From contig CM097883.1 in the NCBI GenBank assembly GCA_044892505.1, positions 106,206,001 to 106,270,000 on the forward strand: a stretch of 64,000 bases of DNA. The letters are read 5' to 3'. The position numbers and the translations under genes are program-made. This document shows, piece after piece, positions 1 to 10,592 of this stretch; position 1 is the first letter of the stretch; every line of letters starts with the position of its first letter. Origin of the DNA: Schmidtea nova (taxonomy: Eukaryota). The notes beneath the pieces are model-generated. The model did no database searches and was not told the DNA's origin. It was given only the letters and a program-made list of their open reading frames with translations.

Positions 1-1
1 A

Positions 2-554
2 AAATATCGTAACGACTTCAACTGCGAAATTAACATCGTTGCTGGGGATACTGATTCCTTGTTCTTGGAAATAAAACATCTTGACCTGAACACTCTTTTG
101 ACCGCCATGATTCGCGATAGGCTTTTAGACACCTCTAATTACGACACTCATCATGCATTGTATAGTAGGACCCTTGATTCAGTGATTGGTAAATTTAAGG
201 ATGAGAACAAGGGTCTACTGTATGATGAGTGGGTTTTCTTAAGACCTAAATGTTATAGCCTGATGGGAGACGAGTCCTGCATGAAAGCGAAGGGTATCTG
301 TTTAAAAGATGCAGGTCTCACACATCAATCTTATCTCGACTGTTACCTTAATGATAAGATATATAATGTCCCCCAGTTCCGAATTACGAGCAAAAACCAT
401 CAGCTCTTTAGTATAAAAAGTAATAAGAGGGCCTTATCTTGTAGGGATGATAAGAGGAACTGGGTGGATAAAAATAAAAGTTTGGCGTATGGCCATTATA
501 TGGGGGGTGACACCACTATATTTGTAGGTGATCGGGATGGCAATCAAGAGCTTC

Positions 555-604
<50 letters not shown>

Positions 605-664
605 GGTCCGGCAGATGACCCCTACGAGTTTTATGATCCTCCTGATCATGACTATTTTAGATGA
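2..664 (+). CDS. C-terminal part of a protein-primed family B DNA polymerase (Polinton/adintovirus type), copy 1; begins before the window
   Basis: Frame open from base 2: IVAGDTDSLF (motif C), FLRPKCY, KAKGI, DDKR. Aligns by eye with the C-terminus of the 1687-4674 polymerase. Ends in polyQ and an acidic tail. Confidence 0.88.
555..603 (+). repeat. (CAA)n microsatellite encoding polyQ in the pPolB copy 1 tail
   Basis: Direct CAA run in frame with the polymerase. Confidence 0.95.
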
Positions 665-1529
665 TGTTGATTATGACAATGATGACGATGACAATGAGGA
701 TAATGAAAAAAAATATATATATAAAAGATATAGAAAAAAATCAAAAAAAAAAGATTAAACCGAAAAATTCCAACAAAAAAAAGATATAAAGAAAACCAAA
801 AAGATATGTGAATGAACAATCGGCCCTCTTCAGGGCCACAATTTATGATTGTATAAAAATAATAAAAATTTTTTAGAACTTTTAGAATACAGAAAACAGA
901 AAAGAAATAACGAAACAAAAATTGAAAAGAAATAATCAGAATTAAATAACAGACACCGAAAAGCAAACAGAAAATAAAGCCGAATCAAATTGTGAACGAA
1001 ATAACGGTCCTCTTTAGGGCCTTCAAATTATGATTGTATAATAAATTGCGCAATCAATTAAAACTATGGAATTATTTTTAGTTTTTTGTTATGTGTTATT
1101 TATTTTTTTTTAATGGTTATTTTTTTATTTAAAGTTTATTATCTTTTTTTTAATAAGTTTTATAAGTTTAGTATTAGTTGTATTNNNNNNNNNNNNNNNN
1201 NNNNNNNNNNNNNNNNNNNNNNNNNNNNNNNNNNNNNNNNNNNNNNNNNNNNNNNNNNNNNNNNNNNNNNNNNNNNNNNNNNNNNNNNNNNNNNNNNNNN
1301 NNNNNNNNNNNNNNNNNNNNNNNNNNNNNNNNNNNNNNNNNNNNNNNNNNNNNNNNNNNNNNNNNNNNNNNNNNNNNNNNNNNNNNNNNNNNNNNNNNNN
1401 NNNNNNNNNNNNNNNNNNNNNNNNNNNNNNNNNNNNNNNNNNNNNNNNNNNNNNNNNNNNNNNNNNNNNNNNNNNNNNNNNNNNNNNNNNNNNNNNNNNN
1501 NNNNNNNNNNNNNNNNNNNNNNNNNATTA

Positions 1530-1569
1530 CGAGTTATTATTATTCTTATTATTATTCTTATTCTTATTC

Positions 1570-1627
<58 letters not shown>

Positions 1628-1645
1628 TACTTATTATTATCATTA
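1530..1645 (+). repeat. (TAT/ATT)n microsatellite next to an assembly gap
   Basis: Visible ttattatta run with ttc interruptions. Confidence 0.9.
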
Positions 1646-1686
1646 ATATTATAAATGTCATTAAAATATCATTAAAATATCATTAA

Positions 1687-4674
1687 TTAATTATAAATGT
1701 AGAAAACTCGGACGAGTTATGTTTTATATATAGTGTTTTGGCTATTTTGAAACATGAATCCATCACAAATAATCATTGTGTAACTTCAAGTTATATTCCT
1801 TTTTTAAACGATTTAGTTTTTGACCCTATAGAGGACTGCCCCATGCAACTATGTAACATCCCAAAATTTGAGCATAATAACCCAGGCTTAGCCATTAATG
1901 TGTTGTCATACAACCCTAAAGTAATTCATAATAATGATATTGATGTGGAAGATGATGACTATGTTCCTCATCATCCCCACTTGGAAATAATACATCGAAC
2001 AAAATTAAATAATTATAACCCCATTTATCTTTTATTATTAGAAAATGAGGGCATTTATCATTATACGGCAGTCATTAATCTACAAAGGTTAATGAACTGT
2101 CATAAAAATAATTTAATTAACAGTAGGATTCAATCTTTATGGTGTCCTAGATGTTTAAATGGTTTCCGTAGTCAGGAAACCTTTGACAAGCATTTTAATT
2201 TATGTAGGAAGAATCAAATAGGAACTACCCTTTATAGTTTACCTAAAAATAAAAATCTAGAATTTGGGGATTTTTCGAAAACTGTAACCCCACCATTTGT
2301 AATATATGGCGACTTCGAGTCAATTTTACCAATTGATGACCGTTATCACCAAAAACATTTGCCGGTATCAGCAGGATTATTACTTTTAAATAATTTAAAT
2401 AATACAAAATCATATTTCGAATTTATCGGTATTGAATGCGTAATTCAATTTTTAAAGAAAGTGGAGGAAATTGCTGTCACAATTGTCCTGCCTTATTATG
2501 ACATTCATGGAAATGCACCGTTGCAGACATTATCTTTTTCTGAGGAACAATCTTTTCGATCTTGCTTGAATTGTTTTCTTTGTAAGAAACCCATTAGGAA
2601 TCGAATTAGGGCTTTTGATCACTTTTGTGGTAGATATCTTGGGGCAGCATGTAAAATCTGCAATAATACTAGACGACTTCGTAAACATTTGCCTGTAATC
2701 TTTCATAATTTGAGAGGTTATGACCTACATCATATTTTGAAGTATGGTTTGTCTGATTTCCCCTTATGGGAATTAGATATTATTCCAACAACGACAGAGA
2801 AATTTATTTCTCTTATAGCTAATATTAATAAACTTGTTGTTAGGTTTATTGATAGTTATCAATTTGTAACAGCTTCCTTGGATAAAGCAGTAAAAACGCT
2901 GTCCGTTTTTCCTCTTACATCATCCGTTTTCACTGGCTCTATCATGAATTGTAAGGGCATTTTTCCATTTAATTTTGCTACCAGTCTTGAGATTTTAGAG
3001 AATACTTTTGAGTTGCCACCAATTTGGGAGGAAGTAACTGAGACTCAATATATAAAAGCTCAAGAAATCTGGCGCGAAAATAACTGTAGAAATTTACTTG
3101 ACTACATGATGGTCTACCTAAAATTAGACGTATTTCTCCTCGCAGATTTTTTCCAACAATTGCGAGCTAAGTCTATTGCACACAATGGCTTAGATCTTTT
3201 GAACTTTTATGGAATTCCCGGTATGTCATGGGCTTCAGCGCTCATGACATTAAAGGAACCTATAGAACTTCTTCAGGATATGGAAATGTATAATTTCTAC
3301 GAAGAAGGAATACGGGGTGGATTGACATTTGTCAATAAACATTACCTTAAAGCGTCAGATGATACTGAACTTTTATATATAGATATCAATAATCTATATG
3401 GTTGGGCTCTTAGCCAAAGTCTTCCTTTCGGTGATTTCAGGTGGGTGCATAACAATCTTGAAGATATTTTGACTGAGTGCATGTCGACGGATATTGATGA
3501 TCTTTCATATGGTTACACTATGGAAGTTGACATTAATATTCCTGAAAACTTGCATGTGTTTTTGGATGATTTTCCTCTTGCTCCGGAAAAGATGCACCCA
3601 CCATTCTCGAAAGTTGAGAAGTTAATGCTCACGCATTATCCGAAGTATAACTATGTTATACATTGGAGACTTCTCAAGATGTTTGTGTCTCTTGGGGCTA
3701 AAATTTCTAAAATTCATAGAGCAATTAGATTTAAACAATCTAAAATCTTTAAGGATTATATCGACGCTAATACTGAGTTTAGAGCAAACTCGAGTAATGA
3801 ACTTGACAAAAATTACTTTAAGCTTTTGAATAACAGCCTATATGGTAAATCCGTCGAAAATCTGAAAAAACGGATGAATTTGAGATTATGTAATTCATCT
3901 GAAAAGATGATTATATATTCTTCAAAGCCGTCTTTCAGAAAGTCCATCAAAATTGATGACGATCTGATTGCAGCACATCTGAATAAAAATTTAATATGTT
4001 TAGATAGACCTAGTTATATCGGTCAAACGGTACTAGATCTATTTAAACTGCGGATGTATCAGCTGCAATATATTGAATTGCAGAAATATAGGGATCTCTT
4101 TGATTGTACTATAGGCATTGTTGCTGGCGACACTGACTCGTTCTTTCTTGAGGTTAAAAACTGTAAACTTACCACACTTTTACCGGCTATGATTTCAGAT
4201 TGTCTTTTAGATACATCTAACTATGATCGCGACCATTCCTTATATTCACGACATCTTGACTCGGTTATCAGTAAATTTAAAGATGAAAGTAAGGGTAATG
4301 AATATAAGGAATGGGTTTTCTTACGCCCGAAATGTTATAGCCTTCTTGGTGATGTTGAATTAAATAAAGCCAAGGGGATTCAACTTAAAGGCACTAATAT
4401 CAATCATCAATCTTATATTGATTGTTATCTTAATGGCCGGATTTTCACTGTACCACAAACTCGTATAGGGACTAAGAATCACCAGCTCTTTACGATTAAA
4501 AATAATAAGATTGCTCTTACCAATAACGACGATAAACGCCATTGGGTTGGGAGGAATGAAAGTCTTGCATTTGGGCATTATTTAGGAGTCAATGCCTGGA
4601 CTGATGGTGATAATAATCCACCCGAAGAATTGCCAGATCCTCAATCAATACAGATGGAACAAGATTCATGGTGA
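1687..4674 (+). CDS. Protein-primed family B DNA polymerase (Polinton/adintovirus type), copy 2; probably 5'-truncated
   Basis: Frame is open from 1687 (LIINVENSDELCFIYSVLA, a typical N-terminal motif) with no ATG there. Contains a C2H2-like finger (CPRC..HFNLC), Exo motifs YGDFES, FHNLRGYD and RFIDSY, an inserted Cys/His finger (CFLC..DHFCG..GAACKICN), and pol motifs YIDINNLYG, KLLNNSLYGK, GDTDS, RPKCY. Confidence 0.9.
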   Translation, partial: LIINVENSDELCFIYSVLAILKHESITNNHCVTSSYIPFLNDLVFDPIEDCPMQLCNIPKFEHNNPGLAINVLSYNPKVIHNNDIDVEDDDYVPHHPHLEIIHRTKLNNYNPIYLLLLENEGIYHYTAVINLQRLMNCHKNNLINSRIQSLWCPRCLNGFRSQETFDKHFNLCRKNQIGTTLYSLPKNKNLEFGDFSKTVTPPFVIYGDFESILPIDDRYHQKHLPVSAGLLLLNNLNNTKSYFEFIGIECVIQFLKKVEEIAVTIVLPYYDIHGNAPLQTLSFSEEQSFRSCLNCFLCKKPIRNRIRAFDHFCGRYLGAACKICNNTRRLRKHLPVIFHNLRGYDLHHILKYGLSDFPLWELDIIPTTTEKFISLIANINKLVVRFIDSYQFVTASLDKAVKTLSVFPLTSSVFTGSIMNCKGIFPFNFATSLEILENTFELPPIWEEVTETQYIKAQEIWRENNCRNLLDYMMVYLKLDVFLLADFFQQLRAKSIAHNGLDLLNFYGIPGMSWASALMTLKEPIELLQDMEMYNFYEEGIRGGLTFVNKHYLKASDDTELLYIDINNLYGWALSQSLPFGDFRWVHNNLEDILTECMSTDIDDLSYGYTMEVDINIPENLHVFLDDFPLAPEKMHPPFSKVEKLMLTHYPKYNYVIHWRLLKMFVSLGAKISKIHRAIRFKQSKIFKDYIDANTEFRANSSNELDKNYFKLLNNSLYGKSVENLKKRMNLRLCNSSEKMIIYSSKPSFRKSIKIDDDLIAAHLNKNLICLDRPSYIGQTVLDLFKLRMYQLQYIELQKYRDLFDCTIGIVAGDTDSFFLEVKNCKLTTLLPAMISDCLLDTSNYDRDHSLYSRHLDSVISKFKDESKGNEYKEWVFLRPKCYSLLGDVELNKAKGIQLKGTNINHQSYIDCYLNGRIFTVPQTRIGTKNHQLFTIKNNKIALTNNDDKRHWVGRNESLAFGHYLGVNAWTDGDNNPPEELPDPQSIQMEQDSW

Positions 4675-5672
4675 CAATAGAGTTTTTCAAAAATAAAAGA
4701 TTTCTATTTTTAAATATTTGGTTATTTTTAAAGTTTTTTATTGTTTGTTTGTTTTATATAGGAACCTGTGTAAATATTAAATGTTTTTATATAGGGACTA
4801 GTATCATTTTTCAATTCATAATCGTTTGGTATTATNNNNNNNNNNNNNNNNNNNNNNNNNNNNNNNNNNNNNNNNNNNNNNNNNNNNNNNNNNNNNNNNN
4901 NNNNNNNNNNNNNNNNNNNNNNNNNNNNNNNNNNNNNNNNNNNNNNNNNNNNNNNNNNNNNNNNNNNNNNNNNNNNNNNNNNNNNNNNNNNNNNNNNNNN
5001 NNNNNNNNNNNNNNNNNNNNNNNNNNNNNNNNNNNNNNNNNNNNNNNNNNNNNNNNNNNNNNNNNNNNNNNNNNNNNNNNNNNNNNNNNNNNNNNNNNNN
5101 NNNNNNNNNNNNNNNNNNNNNNNNNNNNNNNNNNNNNNNNNNNNNNNNNNNNNNNNNNNNNNNNNNNNNNNNNNNNNNNNNNNNNNNNNNNNNNNNNNNN
5201 NNNNNNNNNNNNNNNNNNNNNNNNNNNNNNNNNNNNNNNNNNNNNNNNNNNNNNNNNNNNNNNNNNNNNNNNNNNNNNNNNNNNNNNNNNNNNNNNNNNN
5301 NNTAGATTGACAACGGAGATCCTTATGATTTTATACGTTAGGGTGATCTCGCCAACATAAAAACATTCCCCCGCTGACACCCATGATGCATCCCTAACTA
5401 CTCCTCATGTTGGTACTGTGTCAACGTTGTGAAATGACAAGGCAGGTGAGCAACCTTACGGCTACTATTCCCTTGTTTATTCACGGGTCCACCACTACCG
5501 ATAGAAGGTGTTTGTGGATTTCTTTCGGTCCCACTTATGCTCTTGTCTATTGTCCTAGGGTAATTTAATCTTAGCGCATCTGCTGTTCTTCATGAATCCG
5601 GGTTTTAGTTATATTCAATTCTCAGACATTCCACAAACAAACAAGACAAGTCAACTCATTCATTTTATACAT

Positions 5673-6254
5673 TTATTTATAGTTTAACAATACAGAGGGC
5701 CTAATTACATTTAGTAGTTCTTGCTCGGAGAGACCACTGAGCAAGTCTACCTCTATTCCTACGCGATCTGCATATGCGCGTCTCTCCCTGCGTTTTTTCG
5801 CTCCCAAGCGATTCCTTCGTTTGGTCCTCTGCGATCCTCGTGGTATAGTTGTGGTCATCTCGGTTGCCGTGGTTACGGTTATCTCTTTGTCGGTTTGCGT
5901 ACTCGTCGTCGCTGATGTCGAAGTTAACCATTTGTTGAAGGTACTCGTCCTAATCACTGGACGCAATTGCTCAACGATGAAATCTTGGGTCGACACCTTT
6001 TAATAATTGGCCAACTCTAACTTCAGGGCTGCGACCTCCCTTGCTTGTTCATCGATCGTTCGCTCCGCTCTGTATCGGGCCTGTAAGATGGCTTTAACCC
6101 TCTCAGGATTAAACCACGTTGCCTTAATCCGCTGGTGCTCCTCGTTCAGTTGTCTCAAGCGACTCTCGAGGACACGAGATCGTGCTCTATGTTCGCGTGC
6201 CTCTTGCTTGTAATTTCGAGTGGGATTTTCGTCCATATCTGAGTAATGTATCAT
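5673..6254 (-). pseudogene. LTR-encoded 193-aa coiled-coil/Arg-rich ORF, broken in this LTR by a TTA>TAA nonsense change at 6001
   Basis: The 84-aa and 107-aa ORFs here join into the intact 193-aa ORF at 31876-32457. Base 6001 is T here versus A at 32204. Confidence 0.9.
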
Positions 6255-6431
6255 TAACCAGGGTATTTATGCCTTGTTTGGTTTCTCAGTCCCTATTTTA
6301 TTGTTAAACAACTGCACCCTCATCCTTACTCATTCCACATACATCCAAAACCAAAACAAAACCCTTTTAAATGGATACATATATTTTTGATTTACAACAG
6401 ATGTTCGTACATTGGGGTGTCGTCCTCGTGA

Positions 6432-7067
6432 TCAATTGTATGGTCGTAACTCTTGATCGGCCGGGTTCTCGTCTCGGCGAATCCCTGTTTCATGGTATAG
6501 TTCGGGGGCCGGATTCCAACTCAGTTTGTTTTGATAAATGAACACCTCCCAGAGGCGAAGGTCTTTGGGCTCGGGGTGTTGATCCACGGAAATACTGCCT
6601 GGGGCGTTCGGGTAAACGAAGACTTCCCCAGTGTCACCACACCGAGGCCTGTCTAGCAGCAAATACCCGAGTTGACCGAATGCCTGCCCGGTCATCATTC
6701 CGGTGCTTAGTACCCAGCGGGGTTGTTGGGTTTCATCTACAAATTGATAGAACCATCTTTCGCATCCATCTTTGGTGGGGTTCGGAGAGGGCGTCCAATC
6801 GACATCGCCTTCCCACCTCAGCTGTAGTTGGAATGCACAGGCGGGAATACTTGCCGCTATGCTCATATGGGTCCTCGTCCATCGACGCAGGTGTCTACGT
6901 GCGGAGTTGAAAATTTGTCGTGGGGCCTCCTTCTCTCCTTGGATCTCAGTAGGTAATTTTTGTGTGATGACGGAGCGGATGCGCCGTTTCCTCCGTAGAA
7001 TGTACTCCTCTAATTTGACGGTTAGGGGTCCTACCGGCTCCTTCATGAGATATTCTGTTTTCCTCAT
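6432..7067 (-). CDS. LTR-encoded 211-aa protein of unknown function (3' LTR copy)
   Basis: ATG-started ORF, same protein as 32635-33270. Basic patch RRKRR; TTTCAG acceptor 6 nt before the ATG. Confidence 0.6.
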   Translation of the reverse strand: MRKTEYLMKEPVGPLTVKLEEYILRRKRRIRSVITQKLPTEIQGEKEAPRQIFNSARRHLRRWTRTHMSIAASIPACAFQLQLRWEGDVDWTPSPNPTKDGCERWFYQFVDETQQPRWVLSTGMMTGQAFGQLGYLLLDRPRCGDTGEVFVYPNAPGSISVDQHPEPKDLRLWEVFIYQNKLSWNPAPELYHETGIRRDENPADQELRPYN

Positions 7068-8732
7068 GTTGCTCTGAAACGGAATTTTAGGTTAACTGAC
7101 AGACTCTATCATCGACCATCGATTTTATGTCGATCAACCTACTTGGTTTATCGTCTATTAGCCGTAGGCCTTAGTAGCTCGCATATAATTTACTAGACCG
7201 TTGGTCGCGATGTTCATGTAGGTTGTGACTTTACCTAGGTGAGTTGATTCACTCCGCAATTTCAGACGGTTTTAGCTACGCTAATTTTGGCTTCTTATTT
7301 ACAATCAATTTATGTTACATTTAATTTTTCACCGATCATTTCCATTCACTCAACATAGTTCATTTACAGATCATCATCAGCAACTATCAAGGTTCTCGTC
7401 ACGGGGAAAATTTAGTCATCCCTTAGTCAACTGCTTTGTTGAGGGACCCACTAATTTTATCTACTATCGGGTCTGACTTTTCATGCCCTTAGTGGATTAT
7501 ATGTATATATCTGGCAGCTCATTCGATTCACGACTACCCCTTGGTGTTAATGTCTTTCGGCCGCGATGTTACGTTTTGCCTATCTCGATGCTCATCGACT
7601 TTTGATGTACCAGCACTCCTTGAAGGTATACCCCCTCATCAAGGTACTTCATGCATATATCTTCCCTTGCGAAATGAACTTTACCTTGAGTTGATTTATG
7701 GTCATTAACTGTCACCCGATACCCCGTCATCGTACTGTATAGCATTTATACTAGGCTATCGCTACCTTGATTTAGTTCATGATCATTAGGTCTTACTCGA
7801 TACCCTATGTGCATCCCCCTTTTCCCCTCATCAAGTATTTAGTAAACTTATGGTCCCGCCGCATCAGCACCTCACCACCGATAAGGTGTGTTGCGCTGAG
7901 AGGCCAAAGAATCCGTCAGGCTGCTAGGCCTCCGGAAAACCTTATTGATTTTATCATGATTATGATTATTATGAGGGTTTAAATAATTAACAATAAAACT
8001 CAACCATACTTGTATTTGGCTTCCAATCGATTTTACAATGTCTTCCGTAAGAGTGACTGTTGTACTGATTTACCTTCAGTAAAAATGACCTCCTATTTCT
8101 CTATTTTTACTGATTTTACTTCAGTATTTATACTCAACCGGTGTTGTTGGTCAGCCAATCAGCATCGAGTATGTGTGTATGTTTGCTTCATTATTTTGTG
8201 TTGCCGGCTTTTTGGTGCCTAACTCAACTCAATGATTTATTTGGTTAATCATGCGGTAAGTTTATTTTTGTATGATTTAATTTTTATTTGATTTTGTTTT
8301 AGCTCTTCGGTGACATCCGCCCACGCGCTGTCATATTCCGATTTTATTTGCTTCGCATGAGTGAGTTATGAAGATTTTTGTTGTTTTTATTAATACTCTA
8401 TTTCTTTTAGATGTTGCCGCCTATTTTATTACACTTTGGTGTTGGTAATTTATTTTGTTGTTATTCTGTTGTAAATTTATTTTATTGATTGTATATTATT
8501 TTTAGATGCTGCTCGATTTGGCTGGCCCAACATCACTCGGGGTCCCCTAAAATTGCGTCCCGCAATTACATGCATATACCTACATCAACATACATAAAAA
8601 GTTCGTGACAGAACTTACATGCCAAACCACATAAGGTGGTAGCTTTTATACACATTTTTACACATACACATTGTCATTGTCATGTTTATATTGTTACACA
8701 GTTCAATGTTTCTGGCTCATAGGGGTCGATTT

Positions 8733-9257
8733 TCAGGTCCTTTCACTGGATGACTGCATTTCGTATCGGGCTTGGATTTGTCGCAGATGACTTCTCATTC
8801 TTTGTTGGGTTTTGGCTTCTCTTTTGGCGCATCTACACATTATCGTTTGTTGTTGTTTGAGGCTTCTGATTCGGTACAGGGTATACGTGATCACTATGAT
8901 CAAGATGATTGTCAATATGGTCATTGTGACTATTCCCACGATGATCCATCTGTTTCGGATTTCGTATTCGATTTGGGTTTGACCTTTGATTGGCTTTAGG
9001 TGATCTTGAAATGTTCTATGGATTTCTCTGATCTTCTCGATTTGATTGAGTAGGGTTTGTAAGGGTTTGCGATGATCATGACTGATTCGCATTTGTCGGA
9101 TTAATTGTTTCAAGTCTTCTCTGACTTCGTTTAGTTGTTTTTCGATCTCCTGGGATATCTCATTTGACAGGGTTCTTTGGATTTCGGTTGTCGTACAGTT
9201 CGTGATTGCTGCTGTTAACATAATAGTTAGGATTGGTAGGGTTTTGAGCCAGTTCAT
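8733..9257 (-). CDS. Accessory 174-aa type I membrane protein (signal peptide, coiled-coil ectodomain, TM, basic tail)
   Basis: Hydrophobic N-terminus MNWLKTLPILTIMLTAAIT, heptad region, TM WIIVGIVTMTILTIILIIVITYTLY, then R/K-rich tail with CRC. Confidence 0.75.
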   Translation of the reverse strand: MNWLKTLPILTIMLTAAITNCTTTEIQRTLSNEISQEIEKQLNEVREDLKQLIRQMRISHDHRKPLQTLLNQIEKIREIHRTFQDHLKPIKGQTQIEYEIRNRWIIVGIVTMTILTIILIIVITYTLYRIRSLKQQQTIMCRCAKREAKTQQRMRSHLRQIQARYEMQSSSERT

Positions 9258-9330
9258 TTCTGATTATTCCACTGATTAATACAGGTTACATCGATTTGTA
9301 CATTTTTACACACGGATTTTTTGCCTCTTT

Positions 9331-10503
9331 TTACACATCCGTCTCCTCTGGTTCATGGAACCCTTCATCTTGGAGTTCCATTGGTGGTGGTGGTATAAAC
9401 GGTAACCACACCACTCTACTTCTCCACATTGCAATTTCGTCTTGATACGTTCGAGAGATTTGTATCTCTTCATCTAACAGATACTCCATATAGTCTGATT
9501 GTTCGCTCAGAGTTTCAATTTGTCTTTCCATTTCTTCCACTTTTCTCTTCAGGGCTTCTGTTTCTGTTGGTTCGGTTTCTATTTCTGGGGTTTCTTTCTC
9601 TGCTTTCAGGGTTATTATTTGTTGTTTCAGCTCCTCGTTTTCTTTCGTCAAATTCGTTATGTTTTCCTCGTAAGCTCGGTTTGATTCCGCATGTCTTTCT
9701 TTCACTGCTTTCAACTCCATTTTCTTTTGGGTCACTACTCCTTGATAGCCATTTACATCTCTTTCCAGGCTTTCTTTTTCCCTGATCAACTTTTGTCTTT
9801 CTGCTTCCTCTTTCTGTCTAATGCCTCGCATTTCTCCGTTTATTATCTGTATTTGCCATTGCGTTTTCTTTAGTTCCTTTGCTTGTTCTCGAATAAATCG
9901 CTGTCGTTTTCGACTCCATTCTTTGTTGGTCTGTTCTTGTCGCTTTCTCTGTTCCAATTCCTCTTTCAATTCGTCTATCTCTTGATACAATTTCCAATCT
10001 TCGCTGTGTGCTGTCCTTCTGATTATCTCTTTGGCTTCTTTATACACTCGTTTCGACTCCATCTTCCAATGTCTCGCTTGAGCCTTGATTGCTAGTATTT
10101 TTACCTCCATCTTTTCCTCTTGTTTCTCCCTCTCTTCTCTTCGCGTTTTCATCATATTTTTATAATGTTCTGCTTGTTTCCTCATCAACTGATAGGTCTC
10201 TTCTATCTTCTGTCGACTTCGTGAATTCGTTCCTTTTAGCTTCTCTATTTGTGTTGTCAGTTGTACTATCTCTTTATTTACTTCCTCGAGTTCTAGTTGA
10301 TATAACTCCATTCGTCTTTTGCATTTTAGTTTCTCGTAGAAATTGTTTGTCATCACTTCGTGTAATTCTCTGGTTCTTTGTTCTACTTCCACTTTACATC
10401 TCTTTTCGATTTCTCTTTCGATTTCTCTTTCTATTGCTTCTTGTTCGTTTGACATCTCGTTTCTCGTTTCATCTTCGATTACATGTTCATTTGCGTTTTC
10501 CAT
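9331..10503 (-). CDS. Accessory 390-aa long coiled-coil protein, unknown function
   Basis: E/K/R/Q-rich heptads almost throughout. C-terminus WLPFIPPPP...ETDV. Confidence 0.75.
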   Translation of the reverse strand: MENANEHVIEDETRNEMSNEQEAIEREIEREIEKRCKVEVEQRTRELHEVMTNNFYEKLKCKRRMELYQLELEEVNKEIVQLTTQIEKLKGTNSRSRQKIEETYQLMRKQAEHYKNMMKTRREEREKQEEKMEVKILAIKAQARHWKMESKRVYKEAKEIIRRTAHSEDWKLYQEIDELKEELEQRKRQEQTNKEWSRKRQRFIREQAKELKKTQWQIQIINGEMRGIRQKEEAERQKLIREKESLERDVNGYQGVVTQKKMELKAVKERHAESNRAYEENITNLTKENEELKQQIITLKAEKETPEIETEPTETEALKRKVEEMERQIETLSEQSDYMEYLLDEEIQISRTYQDEIAMWRSRVVWLPFIPPPPMELQDEGFHEPEETDV

Positions 10504-10592
10504 TCTGTAATTTACAAATTTACCCTTGTTATATTATACGTTTATTGTTGTCGTTGATTTTTACACTTTATTTACAGGGTCGTTCACTCTGA

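Larger units (their letters stand above)
5303..8532 (-). repeat. 3' LTR (left copy), ~3.2 kb; outer end hidden in gap 4836-5302
   Basis: Matches 31506-34717 with only ~7 substitutions seen by eye. Inner end inferred at CCAACA (8527-8532), the complement of TGTTGG/TGCTGG at the other LTR's inner end. Confidence 0.88.

Noticed and set aside
4836-5302. Target-site duplication of the giant element
   Set aside because: Both outer junctions fall in N gaps, so no TSD can be read.
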